A stretch of DNA of 64,000 bases, from the NCBI RefSeq assembly GCF_964355755.1, contig NC_092674.1, positions 15,500,001 through 15,564,000 of the forward strand, read 5' to 3'. The stretch is from Antedon mediterranea (lineage: Eukaryota; Animalia; Echinodermata). Numbering within the stretch: the first letter of the stretch is position 1; the number at the start of each line of letters is the position of its first letter. The translations under genes and the position numbers were made by a program. This document shows, piece by piece, positions 51,910 to 64,000 of this stretch. Under the pieces are notes generated by a model. It was given only the letters and a program-made list of their open reading frames with translations, did no database searches and was not told the origin of the DNA.

Positions 51910-54900
51910 CTGTGTAAAATTAATGTTAAAGGATTATGATGAACTTTAAAACATTAATATAAACAAAGTGCATTCAGTTATTTGTGAATGTTATCAATAG
52001 AGTAAATATAACCTTTGTAATTGTCTGTATTTTTAAAAGTGTTGTTGACAGTGAAATAATAAGCTGATAATTATGATGTTACTAATGGTGATAATAGTAG
52101 CATTCGAGAATAACCTGATAATAGGGCATATATTAAGGTGATGACGATGACCTGACAGGAAACTTTTGTATAAAAACAAAATATCAATAAATATCAAAAC
52201 AATATATTATATATGATATTATAAGAGCGTTTAAAAATTAAAATTGAATTTTAGTTAGTGAGCGAGTGCCCGAGCGGTTAAGAAAGTGGAACATCTAAGT
52301 CCGCAGTGCTTTGATCTTCATGAAATAGAGTGCAATATAAATGTGGCATTATTATAGCGCATTATATAAATCCAAAGGCAAATTACTGAAAAAATTTAAA
52401 TGCTGTGGATATCAGTGGCTGGATCTCAATAAAGATACAAAAAAAAAGATAAACAGCCAGAGCAGAGGGTCTTAACAGAGCAGAGCTTTCGGGCCACACT
52501 AGCCCTTCATAAGTGCATAGATATACTGAAAATGTATTAATTAATTAGAAACGATCTAAAAATGATAAAGAAATTTTATTGAAAATGTTCATCTGGTTTG
52601 TAATAATAACTTATTATAGGCCTAAATGTTCTTTTATTCAAATCAACAGTTTGATTTGGAAAAAAGAACATTTCTAATAAGATAAACAAATTTATTGTCA
52701 ATGGCTACCAGATGTCTCTAATTAGACGGTTACCTGAACCAGTACCAGTTATCCTAAGACCATAAATAAGTTAACATTCTAAATACCTCAATGTGAAACT
52801 CCAGATGACAATGGAATAGCCACCATCCTGGATTTGTTGCATGAAATCTCAGAATAGTATAACCACCATCAGGAACGATAACTGTATCTTTTTTAACGGG
52901 TTGATAAAATGTTCGCGTCAAAATGCCTGCAACAAACGCATACATTGCTTTTGATTAAGAATTTAATTATACGTGAAACTAAGAAGAACTACAAAGTTAA
53001 AGGAGGTGGTGAACATAATATTACTTTCACTCTCTTAATTATGCCTGTCGTTCCCGCTCAAGTCAATATACAAGAACGAGAATATACGTACCGTTCTTAT
53101 CCAATTGCTTTACTTCTTCAACTGAAGTTGAACTTCCTAATTTCCCCTGACCAATCACCCTAAAATACTGGCCGTGCAAATGTACAGGATGACTAGCGTC
53201 AAATGTGACGCCTTCGTCAACGATAATCAACTCTACAACCTAGCACAAATAATGAAAAGGTTTCTCATAGAAGAAATATGTTTGGAATATCAATGTTGTA
53301 AAACAGTATGAAAAAAGGAAGACAAGAGGTCTAAATAAAAATATAAGGAATACATAGTTTATTAAGTTAAGTCGAAGATGCTCTCCAGGTGTAATGCCAT
53401 CCTAAGATGAGTAGTAGTAATTAGTCTTGTTTATTTCATTTCATTTATATGTACTTTTCTACTTTCTATGGACCAGAGATTCCGAAATAAAAGATTGAAT
53501 AAACATAGAGTGTTTGAAACCATATAAAGTCCAACTTACATCGCCCAAGCGAACAGTCAGAGTATAGGTACACTGACAATATTCGACAGAACAGTTTTTT
53601 GAGTTTGAAAAGGTCTCTTCAGTACACAACTCTTCTTCAAGATTGTCTGATGGCTGACTTAGAAGAGGCGATGATGGAAATTCAAAACTGATATGATTAA
53701 ACTGTGGTGAATACAGATGATGTGAACGATCAACTTGTTCAATTGGATAGTGCTCCGGCTTATGGTAATTGTAGTTGTTCACTTTGTTGAAATCCATTGC
53801 AAGGTAGAACTTCTTATCTGGTTCTTGCTGCAACAGAGCGGGATCGTCTTCTTCATCTATGAAAAAAAAAATGCGAAACATAACAATTCAAACTAGAGTG
53901 TACTCCGAGAGTACAAACCTCCGCCTACTGTAAAATTCCCCTACATAAAATGCCCCCTGAATATTTTTTTTTTACATTTTTTTTTATTAGTTCTAAGTGT
54001 AAATATGTTAACTGCACACTACAAAGTTGTGGATGACAGTGTGGTGTAATGGTTATGTATCCAGCCTCTCACAGTTGAGATCGCTGGTTCAAGTCCCACT
54101 GAGGGATTTTCTTTTTTTTTTTTTAATTTTTTTTTTTTTTGGTGGACCTTGATCTTTGACCCTGACCCTTCAAAATGTAACCACAATTATATGATGTGTC
54201 ATTGATCATTGTGGCTAAGTTTGGTGAGAATCGGATCTAAACTGTGGTCTCTAGGCAGTAAAATAGTTTTTTGTTAGTTGTGACCTTGACCTATGACCTT
54301 TCCCCCTCAAATTCGAACTCGTCCGAGCTTTTTGGGCATAGATCATTGTGTCCAAATTTGGTTAGAATCGGATAAAAACTGTGGCCTCCAGGCTGTTCAC
54401 AGACACACACACAAACACACCCACACACACACAAACACACAAACAAACATACAGGGGTGAAAACATAACCTCCTTGGCGGAGGTAATTAACATAATTCTG
54501 TAAGTTACTCGTTAAACGATCAATTGGCATGATCTGATTTTGTGATTTCTTAATATTTTAATTAACCGAATGTGTCCATGATACTCAATTAAATGTAGTT
54601 GACGGTACGTATAGTCAACCAACCAAAAATTGGACGTACTTCACTTTAATCACAAATGATTATATAAATATATATATAATTGAGGGACTAGTGCTGTTCC
54701 GCCGTACTACGCCGAGAATATTATATGCAGATATATCGTAACCATTAGACCATTCATAGTATTGTTCAAACTCGATTGAATAGCGACTCTTTAAAGATGT
54801 ATTGTCCCCCTAAAAATTTTTTTTTTTCAATTTTTGTTGTTGAATATGCCATTTTAATGTCGCATAATAGTTATAGACTTCGACCAAAAATTGGATCGAA

Positions 54901-57900
54901 AAAAAATTTATTTACCTGAAAAAACTGGAATTTAAAGCAAAAAATTGTCAAATGGATTTTTGGTTGAATTTAATCATTTTTCATGTTATTTTATAAGTGA
55001 AAACATTATTTTTCCGTTTTTTTTTATACGGAAGTAATTCACTTGATTAAAACTACAAAATAACCTATTCAAAGTCTGATTTAATTAATCTTTATTTTGT
55101 ATGTTTTTGGGGGACAATACATCTTTAACACTTTTGGTGTGGTACGGCGGAATCTTGTTCATACCTGTGGAAGTAAGTTCCACAATTGGAATATTGTCTT
55201 CACTTTCCTCTTTGTTTAACGGATTCAAAACCTTTCCTTGCCTATCAATATCTTCGTTCTCTTTTGGAATCTCAGAAGCAGCGCCTTTGTAACGTATGAT
55301 GGCCAATTCTTGTACATATCTACAATCTGCAAGTCCCTTTACTCGTACCCAATAATTTGAAATAGATTGATTGGCATTCAAGACAAATCCAAAGCGTTCC
55401 CCGCCGTATATGACATATGCATCAACTTCGATCGGATTAATCGCTGCTCCATCAGATGATATTATAAGCAATGTATGGTTATCGACTGATATCTTAAGAG
55501 CACAGTTTGTAATTGCGTTGCTGATTGATCGGAACATATACCGAAAGCCTTGTTCGACTTCAAAAACTTCTCTTGGTGTAAATTGTGTTTGGCCATTTTC
55601 ATCAATAAATTCATGTCGTTTTCCTTTACCGTTTATAAGTACAGCTTCTGGTTTATTACTTCCATCATCATGATGGTGTGAAGCAAATTTAGCTAAAGTC
55701 AGCTGATCAAGCCAATCATGTACAATCATAATATGTTCTGACAGATCATAGTCGTATAGATAAGAATTTGGATTCCGTAAAGGAGCCTGGCGAACGATAA
55801 GGGCACCAAAAAGTCCATCAGAACGCTGCATCCCTGAATGCGCATGCCACCAATGTGTACCTGTCGGTTCCACAAGTAGTGAATAGACAAATTTGGTGTG
55901 AGTTGGAATAGCACATTGAGTAATCATTGGTACGCCGTCCATGTACGGTGAATTTCGTACATGAACACCATGCCAATGGATAGTTGTTCCTTCAGAATTT
56001 CCAAGGAGGTTAGTGACTTCAACTTCGATACTGTCTCCCTCGCAAACCTGAAAGACATTTATCATCAAACATTAATTCTTAAAAATAGCACCTAAACAGT
56101 AACATGATTATGTCATCCTTGTTATATGTCTAAGCAAGTACCGTACTATGTTAACAGATACTAAATAATTTGCTCTTTCGTACATAATGGATAATTTTGT
56201 GATATAAAAATTAAAAAAAATAATAAGTTAATTTAGTTTCGGATACTATAATGCATACCTCAATTTTTGGTCCTGGAAACTGTCTATTAACCGTCATAAT
56301 GGCTCTGGCAACACCATTGAGTGGCACACAGTCTTGCAAATCACAGTTAGTTATATTGAACGGGCAATCGTAACATGCTTTTGACATAGAGTAATATAAT
56401 TCCAAAGTAAAGTTAAAACGGCAGATTGCTGGTTCTGCCGGCCACTTACATTCTCGTTTGCAATCACTGCCATCGGTAAAGTATTGGACAGCTCCTAAAC
56501 AAGTTAAAAATGTAAATATATTTATTCATGTAAATGTATTAATCCTTGTCCTCAAGCTTTCAGATTAGACCCTCCACGGACTCACGGCAGCCAATAGTGC
56601 AGCGCCTACCAGATCAGCACACCGAGAGACGATTCCTTACTTTTTTTAACGTGCACTAATACATGTACAGCTTTACATCCCATCTGAAGGACGAGGCAAT
56701 GAGAATAAAGCAGCTTTCATAAGGATGCAATGGTACAGATAGGCTCGAACCCATGCTCATCACATGCTTGTCCGATAGGGTTTCCGTTTACGCGGGAAGC
56801 ACCGGTATGGTTTCTCTAATAGGGGGTGTCCAATGGAAGGGATTCTAATGTAATTTTCTCTTTAAATTTTTCTGTCTTTCGTATTTATATGGTATTTTGA
56901 TTAATTTTGTAATATCACGAACTTATATTGATGGAACGAGTTATGCTGTACATCAATCTCGTGAATAAATACCGTTTATAAACATATTATCACTTGGGTA
57001 TACCATAGAGGTATAAATAGGTATACACAGCACACCGACGGTCTAACATCCAGAACGCACCCAGGTGCAACGTTGGTAATCTGCCGAGAACCAGTGTTTC
57101 AACGCAGTATGGACGTATTTCAAAAATATAAGTCTATAGTATTCAGATACAACAGACAAAAGCAAATTATTACCATTATTGCTTCCGGGTATCAATGTTT
57201 CAATATCTAAACATATGAATAAACCAGCATTGTTCTTATTTTCTTTCTGCAATTTTTATTAGTCGCCTTTATTGTGGACAAAGAATATTGATCCTTAAGA
57301 TTGTTTGAACATTAAATCATGTTATCCTAATAATCACATGAAGTAGCAAATCACCATATATTAAAGCATAATTATGAACGTGCTTTCCAAAGGTTTTTGC
57401 CGATTATAAGTTGAACTATGAAATAAAAATGCTCGCGCAAATATTCCACCAATTTGTTGTGATGAGGATCGATGTGTTCGAGTTGGAAGTGCCCTAACAA
57501 TAATGCGGCTTTTTTATTTATTAACTAGGCTCTATTTTCCATCATTAGACGAACTGCTAACCTTTACTTGATTAAATATATTGTGTTTGATGAAAAGAAG
57601 TGTATCGGTAAATAGTTAAACTATGGAAGTAGACCTTAATCTAATACCAAGGTGAAAAACAAGTTACATGTGGACGTATGCATTTAACACATTTGTGATA
57701 ACGAAGGTCAATTTACACAATGTGTCTAAAGTCATTATTTAAACTCATAGACGAAAACGCATAGTAGCACTCTCAAAATTCATTGTATATACATGTAGAT
57801 AAAGTCAATTTTACCTATCATGTTAATTAACACTTGTAGTGTGAGTCTAGTGTTCAGTATATAGTTCCATTCCAAAATTGTTTATATCACTACCAAGCTA

Positions 57901-59688
57901 CCTTCTTTGTTTTCTATTCTTATTCAGTCTCCACCCACCAGTGACCATTGACCACCTTGTCTCCTTTTGTTGTATTCTTTTACCCCTGTCCACTCAGGCA
58001 ACACTTGCCAGTTCTTATGCTATGACGTTATCCAAATTCCTTCACTTGCACTGATGAAGGGCTAGTGTTGCTCGAAAGCGCTGCTAATTTTTTTGGCTGT
58101 TTTACTCTATCGATTTTATTTAGCTTTTTGTTTTTTTTGGTATCTCTATTGAGATCCAGCCACTGATACCCACAGCATTGTCATTTTGTATCTCCATTGA
58201 GATCCAGCCACTGATACCCACAGCATTGTCATTTTTTTCAGTAATTTGCCTTTGGATTTCTATATCTATCTCTACCCATAGAGAGAAAATATTTGGTAAT
58301 TTTTTTCGGCATAAGGACAGTATTTTTTCGCCTTAACGAACGACTTCTTTTGTTCTCGAACCTAACCTTTTTTCTATGTTTACTTCTATATATATATTTA
58401 TAAAAACATCTCGATTTCGTTTCTCGTACTCACATATATATAATTATTAGTATTATTATTATTTATTCAGCCGAAAGATACATTTTACAAAATATAATAC
58501 AAATCAACAAATTAAACAAACACGATGCAGGAAGAAAATATAACATCATAGTCACTAGCTGCCAGGAAATCACAAAAGCAGCCTAAGCTACTGTCACCAA
58601 TTAGGTGTGTAACTATTACGTACTGTATTATGTGCAAGTAGATATAGGTACTAAGTAATGACAATGAGATTAAGCGAAGAAAAAGATATTCATTATTATG
58701 TACCTTTTTATGTGTTTATATTGACTGTGTTTGACCGATTTTGTTTAATGATAGCTATATAATTGTATGGTTTGTTAAACTTCAATGTGTGTATTCAGGT
58801 TGCAGTAAAGGATAAAGAATGTTTCATGAAAACAAAATCAAGTTTAAGATGGTAAAGATTCAATTTAAACAGCTTAAAAAAAATATACCTTTAATATGTT
58901 GAAAATCATTCCAACTATAGTTTATGCTTTTTCATTCCCAATGTAAACGATATGACTTTTATTTTATTATTCTTAGTCCGCGTATTATGGTGCCGTTTAC
59001 CACCTAAAATAACTTGCCAGAACTCCTCTTATCAATATTTATGGGTATACATCAAGTTCTATTAGTTGTGGCCTAAAACTTGTTATGCAGTCTAGTTCCG
59101 ACTGATGATGTATGATGTATTTTCATATTTCTTTCAAAGTTTGCAGTCCATGCGGCATACAGTAAATTTCATACTCGGTACCCTATTAGGCAATGTTCTA
59201 TAATGTTATTGATTCCAAGGTTAAATACATTGTTGATATTCTTTTATTCGTATTGCCATAGGCGCTAAACATAACAATAACTCAACCACAAAGTAAGTGG
59301 CAGGAAACACAAAAGGAATTACTAAATCTCCTATCGTTGTATGGGGTTGCACTCTGGATTGCCGGAGTTCATTCTTACTGTGTGCTTTTTAATTAAGCAA
59401 TAAATCTAGTTGCTTTTCCTATTGAGTTTATTTTCAGTTATAAAGAATAACGCTTCGTGCACACTTGTTCTGTTTCACGGTGTCGTTGAACAAAACAGTA
59501 TGTACTGTACATTATTGAACGTAGCCATCATAATCCATGAAAAAGAAAAATTGCTTTACCAGTGTTCGGAGATTTATAGCATTACGTTGATGATAATAAT
59601 AAAATCAAGATTTATATAATAATTATTACCTACCTGATTTGTAAAAGTATAGCAATAGAGTGATTGTCGTCAGCAATTTCAAAGTCAT
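51688..59688 (-). CDS. Multicopper oxidase (laccase/MCO1-like) gene B, spliced: complement join(59634-59688,56259-56494,55165-56047,53540-53856,53092-53239,52787-52926,51688-51909), 666 aa
   Basis: All introns GT-AG, total 2001 nt in frame; signal-like [20 protein letters not shown]; motifs [30 protein letters not shown]; hydrophobic C-terminal tail. Confidence 0.94.
52370..52520 (-). mobile_element. Penelope-type terminal repeat fragment with mutated minimal hammerhead motif (52480-52516)
   Basis: - strand gca-cttatga-a-gggc-tagtgtg-gccc-gaaa-gc-tc-tgc, followed by gagatccagccactgat..cacagcatt shared with 58151-58260. Confidence 0.6.
52787..52926 (-). CDS. Laccase B exon with HCH motif
   Basis: ttgcag|...[35 protein letters not shown]|gtattt. 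Confidence 0.95.
53092..53239 (-). CDS. Laccase B exon with HPVHLHG
   Basis: tgctag|[30 protein letters not shown]...QLDKN(G)|gtacgt; translated by hand. Confidence 0.93.
53540..53856 (-). CDS. Laccase B exon
   Basis: tcatag|EEDDPALL...[16 protein letters not shown]...[14 protein letters not shown]|gtaagt. Confidence 0.92.
53890..54486 (-). mobile_element. Helentron-associated element, family 2
   Basis: - strand ttacctccgccaaggaggttatgttttcacc head, (GT/GTTT)n microsatellite, 3' subTIR ggcggaggt plus hairpin gtactctcggagtac, then ctagttt; no TSD. Confidence 0.75.
54795..55124. mobile_element. Kolobok-like MITE
   Basis: TTAA|agatgtattgtccccc ... gggggacaatacatct|TTAA: 16-bp TIR, AG..CT ends, TTAA TSD. 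Confidence 0.8.
55165..56047 (-). CDS. Laccase B large exon (domains 1-2)
   Basis: tttcag|VCEGD...TTIHWHG...[10 protein letters not shown]...WWHAHSG...HHHDDG...GGERFGFVL...LTST(G)|gtatga. Confidence 0.96.
56259..56494 (-). CDS. Laccase B exon 2 (Cys-rich region)
   Basis: gtttag|[15 protein letters not shown]...ACYDCPFN...[11 protein letters not shown]|gtatgc. Confidence 0.92.
56535..56765 (-). mobile_element. Decayed tRNA-derived SINE, DeuSINE/Nin-like core
   Basis: - strand B box gggttcgagcc, then cgtccttcagatgggatgtaaagc and gtgcacgttaaa, resembling the Deu domain as I recall it. Confidence 0.55.
56950..57300 (-). mobile_element. Highly decayed LINE RT fragment
   Basis: GLFICLDIE and VRSGC resemble RT motifs LDxEKAFD and GVRQGC. 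Confidence 0.3.
57850..58262 (+). mobile_element. Penelope-type terminal repeat containing a minimal hammerhead motif
   Basis: gca-ctgatga-a-gggc-tagtgtt-gctc-gaaa-gc-gc-tgc at 58048-58084; downstream repeat shared with 52370-52520; 5' boundary uncertain. Confidence 0.6.
58048..58084 (+). ncRNA. Minimal type I hammerhead ribozyme motif (probably inactive variant)
   Basis: CUGAUGA and GAAA core boxes, stem I gca/tgc, stem II gggc/gctc; the conserved U of the cleavage triplet is G in this copy. Confidence 0.5.
59634..59688 (-). CDS. Laccase B exon 1 (signal peptide)
   Basis: [25 protein letters not shown]|gtaggt; phase 1 matches the exon 2 acceptor. Confidence 0.8.
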
Positions 59689-60749
59689 TTTTTTGGTAAA
59701 CGCAACTAACCAACAGTAGCAATGACCTTTTATCTACTAACCTCAGGAATGACAATTCAGGATAATAGACGCTTGTATTGACTACCCGGTGACGTATACT
59801 TACTTAAATTGAACAATAGATTTAATTAGGCTTAATTCATTCACAAAAAACCGATCCTTCGCCATGCTGTTACACTTTACCCACTTACCCAAACCCCTGC
59901 CTAAACGGAACTAGATGGTGGGTGGTGCGATAGTCCACAGTATATTAAACAAATTAATTCATCGTTTATATGATCAAAATCATGGTCGTGGTACAATATG
60001 ACTGGAGTAGGCCTATTTATTTTAAATGTGTGACTAATACGGGCATGTTGGAAGTTATTCTATTAATATTCTTTTTTTTAGAGGGAAAAATATCTTTACT
60101 TTGTTTTTGTAGGTAAATTGCGTTACTAAGCGTCACTTTCCCTAGAGTTGCGGCGACATATCCAGATGTCAGTTTGATGGACCATATATGATGTGGTTTG
60201 CATAAAAATCTTTTCTACGGAAGCCCGTTCGGGTCACTAGTTAATTATATAGAGTTTTAGGCAGCGATTTATAGGATGTAAACAACCAACTATCACAAGA
60301 ATGTGTATATCTTAACATAGATTCTAAGTACTGTTTTTTCCTTTGTTCATATACTAATTGATATGCTAATTTAGTGTCCAAGCTTATGTATGTGGGTTGC
60401 ATTTAATTGGTTTTAGTATTACAGTTTATTTTTAATTTGGTTTTACCGAACTTCCGTTTTATCTGAGCATTATCTGTTTTAATCTAGTCTATCTTTATTT
60501 TGATACTCATATATTTTTATATTGTATGTTCCGCCGCTGTTCAAAAAGCGTTTTCCAAATAAATTATTATTATCATATATCATTGGCCTTCCATAACTTG
60601 AACTGCGCTGTGGGTATGGATGACGTGATTTTTATAAAGCGATTACCAGATAACCGATTAACGCCGGAGAACATTTTCAGGTGCAACGCGGTCATTTCTG
60701 TGGTTTTGTTGACTATGTTTATTTTTTTCAGCAGAAACAGACCCTAAGT

Positions 60750-62843
60750 AGTATTTTGACAATACTGTAAATAAATATTAACCATTTCTGGTCGCCATTT
60801 GAAGCGCAAATTTCCTACTGTGAGTGTGGGCACTGTTAGATATATAGACACATTATCTATATAAATTATGGTTAATTCTGACATAGGCGAGCACAATGCA
60901 AAAACTTCGGTACAATTCTCCGCCTTGGATACCTACTTTATCTATCTCAGATGTACCGCGAAACGTAGATTTGATAACATTAGTTTTCACATTGACGCTA
61001 TTGTTCCATATTTCTATTTTAGGAAGATATTATAAAGAGTTTTTTAACAAAATTTATGATTTCAACAGTAGATTTTCAACTCAATTTAAATTCTTCGCGG
61101 GTCAAAGTAATTTCCGGGTTCACCTTGCAACAACCAGGTTTCAACTATTTTCTCTCTTTTATACACAAGGGAGCAGTTAAAATAATAGATTTGACCCTAA
61201 AGGTGACTGGAAACAGGCACTTTCCATCAATCAATACAGTGTCCCTTTGGAAGACGAAAAAAAAATCAGATAGTAGGACTGGAGCTTAAGTTGGCCATTA
61301 GTCATAGCCATTTCAGTTTTTTGTTTATTTTAAAACATACCGCGCGTGTGTGAAGGTACAGTAGTTAAATAATAGGGTTTATACTGCAAATTAATAAAGA
61401 TCAAATTAAATATACGCCATAAAGAATCAGAATATATTGTGGGGAATAGTATTATAAAATTACATAGGAAGATTTGATGATAAGACTTTTTCGAGTGAAA
61501 TCCCGATAGCTGAGTTTTATTGAGTAAGCTTGCAGGAATACCTGTAGGCTATCTTCCTGTGTCCCGTTAGGACCGAGATGTCTGCCCATGTTGCAAGTCG
61601 TAATGTCTTCTTTCTTGGGCCCACTCTGTCACGGCAGTTAGTTTCAAAAAATGATTAAATTAAATAATGTATTAATAATTATTAGTGTCTCTTTGGAAGA
61701 AGGAAGAAAAAAAACTATAGTAGGACTGGAGCTTAAGTTGCATAGCCATTTCAGTTTTTTGTTTATTTTATGAACGGACCGCGCGTGTGAAGGTACAGTA
61801 GTTAAAAAATAAAAATTGTACTGCAAATTAATGAAGATCAAATTAAATATAGCCCATAAAGAATCGGAATATATTGTGGTAAATATTATTATAAAATTAC
61901 ATAGGGAGATTTGATGATAAGACATTTTGTTTAAAATCGAGTGAAATCCCGATAATTGATTGAGTAAACTGGCAGGAATAACTGTAGGCTATCTGTGTCC
62001 CGTTAGGACCGAGATGTCTGCCCATGTTGCAAGTCTTCTTTCTTTCTTGGGCCCACACGGCAGTTAGTTTCAAAAGATGTTTAAATTAAATAATGTATTA
62101 ATAATTATTAGGATGGTATTTATTTGAATAAACGCCTCTCCAATAAAACATCACTTTGAATAATAATCATTATACTATTTGTAGTAGAATTCATCGCACT
62201 GTTATCTACAATTTACCAAGCATTTGTTATTTTTTTTTACCACTTTCTCATATCTATTGGAGGATTTCATTTGATTATAAATGTTACCATATTATTAAAA
62301 CTAAAAAAAATCAAAAATTAACATATATCCCTCGAATAAGCACCCCTCTCAAATGAACTCCGCCTCCCCAATGGGCCCTACCAAACAATAAATATTACAA
62401 CAAATATAAACGTCGTAGTGGTGTGTATCGTTATAAATGTACTATGTGTAATCACAAATGTTTAATTGATTAATTAAGTGTTTAATTTTATTGTTTATAA
62501 AACATGAAAACCAATATTTCGTTATTGAGTAGATAAAAGAATATATTTTAAAATTGTTCCTCTTTGAACCCATCATTTTCCCCATCCCTGAAGCCGGCCC
62601 TCAACCTGAATGTTACATACAAAACACAAATTGGGTTTGTTAAAATTTGACTAAAAAATGTTTGAGTCAAAGTTTTTCTTTTGAAAGTAACTACCAGGGT
62701 GCTAATTTTAGTTGATTACCTACGAATCACCGTGTCTTTTTATTCATTCCTGTAAAAGACATGTATGTTATAGGCTTGCGGTAAATACAGTTTTTTACTA
62801 AATTACTATGTGTATTCGAAAACCATCTTTGGGCACGATCTAG
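60750..62843 (+). mobile_element. Composite Helitron: family B copy (60856-~62391, internal ~400-bp duplication, own 3' end missing) within family A-like relic
   Basis: a|TCtatataaattatgg matches the inverse of 35520-37354; flanks 60750-60855 and 62391-62843 match the family A interior and end (gggcacgatctag). Confidence 0.75.
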
Positions 62844-63229
62844 ACAATTAAATGTATATCATACTATTTTCAGTGACAGAATATCGTAATCCCATAACTA
62901 GCGGACTACCTTTACCGTTATAACAAATAATTATTGCAATTTTGAGCAATGATATCAACGGCTTATCATAAATAAGCTCATAAATAAAAAAATTAAAATA
63001 AAAAAATATATAAAATAATGATATATAACAAAATAATTCTATGCGTTTAATATCATTAAATGTTAGAGGTATGGTTAGAATAACAGAAAGTTGATATTGC
63101 TTTGTTACAAGAAACTCACTTTAATAAAAAATCAATAAGTTTTAACAATATTCCACGGAGGGTAAAATGTTTTATAGTTTTGGAATAACGACTTGAGGTG
63201 TATATTATTTAAGCCTAGTTTTGATACAA

Positions 63230-64000
63230 GAGATTACTTACATTCTTCTTACTTCAGCTCCCAGGTAGGCTTTCGCCAGTCAGTCAGTTAGTGTCTATCT
63301 AACTTGATTAAGCTGTCGGAGCTTAAATTGGCAAGTGAAGAAGTAATTAATATCATAATTAAAGGCTCATCTTCTAAAACCTGTGCACTTTATACCCACG
63401 GCTTTGATAAAAGCTAGTCCTGGAATCTTCATTCTTGTTATAACTCGAATTGTAAATAACACTATTATGAGTGGTTGTTTTCCCGATACTATGAAGGTTG
63501 CAAATATCCGTCAAACATTTAAGAAAACTAAAAAGTTATAGACCTATTTCAAACCTACGTTTTCTTTCTAAAATTGTTGACAAATTGTTTCAATCCGGTT
63601 GTTAGATCATTCCCTTCTGGATTCTTTCCAATCGGCTTATACAGAATTTCATAGTATACGGAAACAGCATTGCTTCGTATAAATAATGATATACTTTTTG
63701 CAATGGATAATGGTCATCTTACTGCTTTGGTGCTATTAGATTTAAGTGCTGCGTTTGACACAGATTTTGCTTAGTTATAGATTAAATATGTATATTGGCG
63801 TGGAAGGTTGTACACTGAAAGGTTCCTACCTGGATATCAATATGTTTGTATTGGAGACTTTACCTCAGAACCTAGTATATTGAATTTTTCTGTTCCACAA
63901 GGTTCTGTTCTTGGACCACTATTGTTCAACTAATTAAAGATATAATCAGTAAATACAATGTGTTATATCATGTATATTCGGATGAAACCAACATTTACGT
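63230..64000 (+). mobile_element. Degenerate L2 LINE RT region (runs off window); short endonuclease relic DIALLQETH at ~63093
   Basis: YRPISNLRFLSKI, FQSAY, ETALL, LLDLSAAFDT, VPQGSVLGPLLF with frameshifts. Confidence 0.8.

Noticed and set aside
52256-52365. tRNA-like head gtgcccgagcggttaag
   Set aside because: No B box or cloverleaf; runs into an L2-like tail, so at most an internally deleted SINE.
54031-54105. Possible tRNA gene
   Set aside because: A and B boxes are present but the acceptor and T stems pair poorly, and it is inside a repeat element.
58830-59560. Possible decayed RT on - strand (LLYA..TA-like traces)
   Set aside because: Too degenerate to support by eye.

Overview
AT-rich eukaryotic (animal, probably marine invertebrate/echinoderm-like) genomic DNA, not prokaryotic. 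It holds two spliced, convergently transcribed three-domain multicopper oxidase (laccase-like) paralogues: gene A on + (seven coding exons 11422-25401, first/signal-peptide exon not found) and gene B on - (seven exons 59688-51688, 666 aa, signal peptide and GPI-signal-like tail). Both keep all copper ligands. Most of the remaining sequence is nested transposable elements: CR1/L2-group LINEs (one with an intact 988-aa ORF2, one with a 2A-like motif), two families of non-autonomous Helitrons (including a head-to-tail pair), Helentron/DINE-1-like elements, two Academ-type long-TIR elements, two 9-bp-TSD Foldback/MULE-like elements, a Kolobok-like MITE, SINEs, and Penelope-type repeats with minimal hammerhead ribozyme motifs. 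An intronic minisatellite has amplified a 5' splice site. I found no convincing wholly new system; the notable items are structural and evolutionary. All calls were made by eye without database searches.
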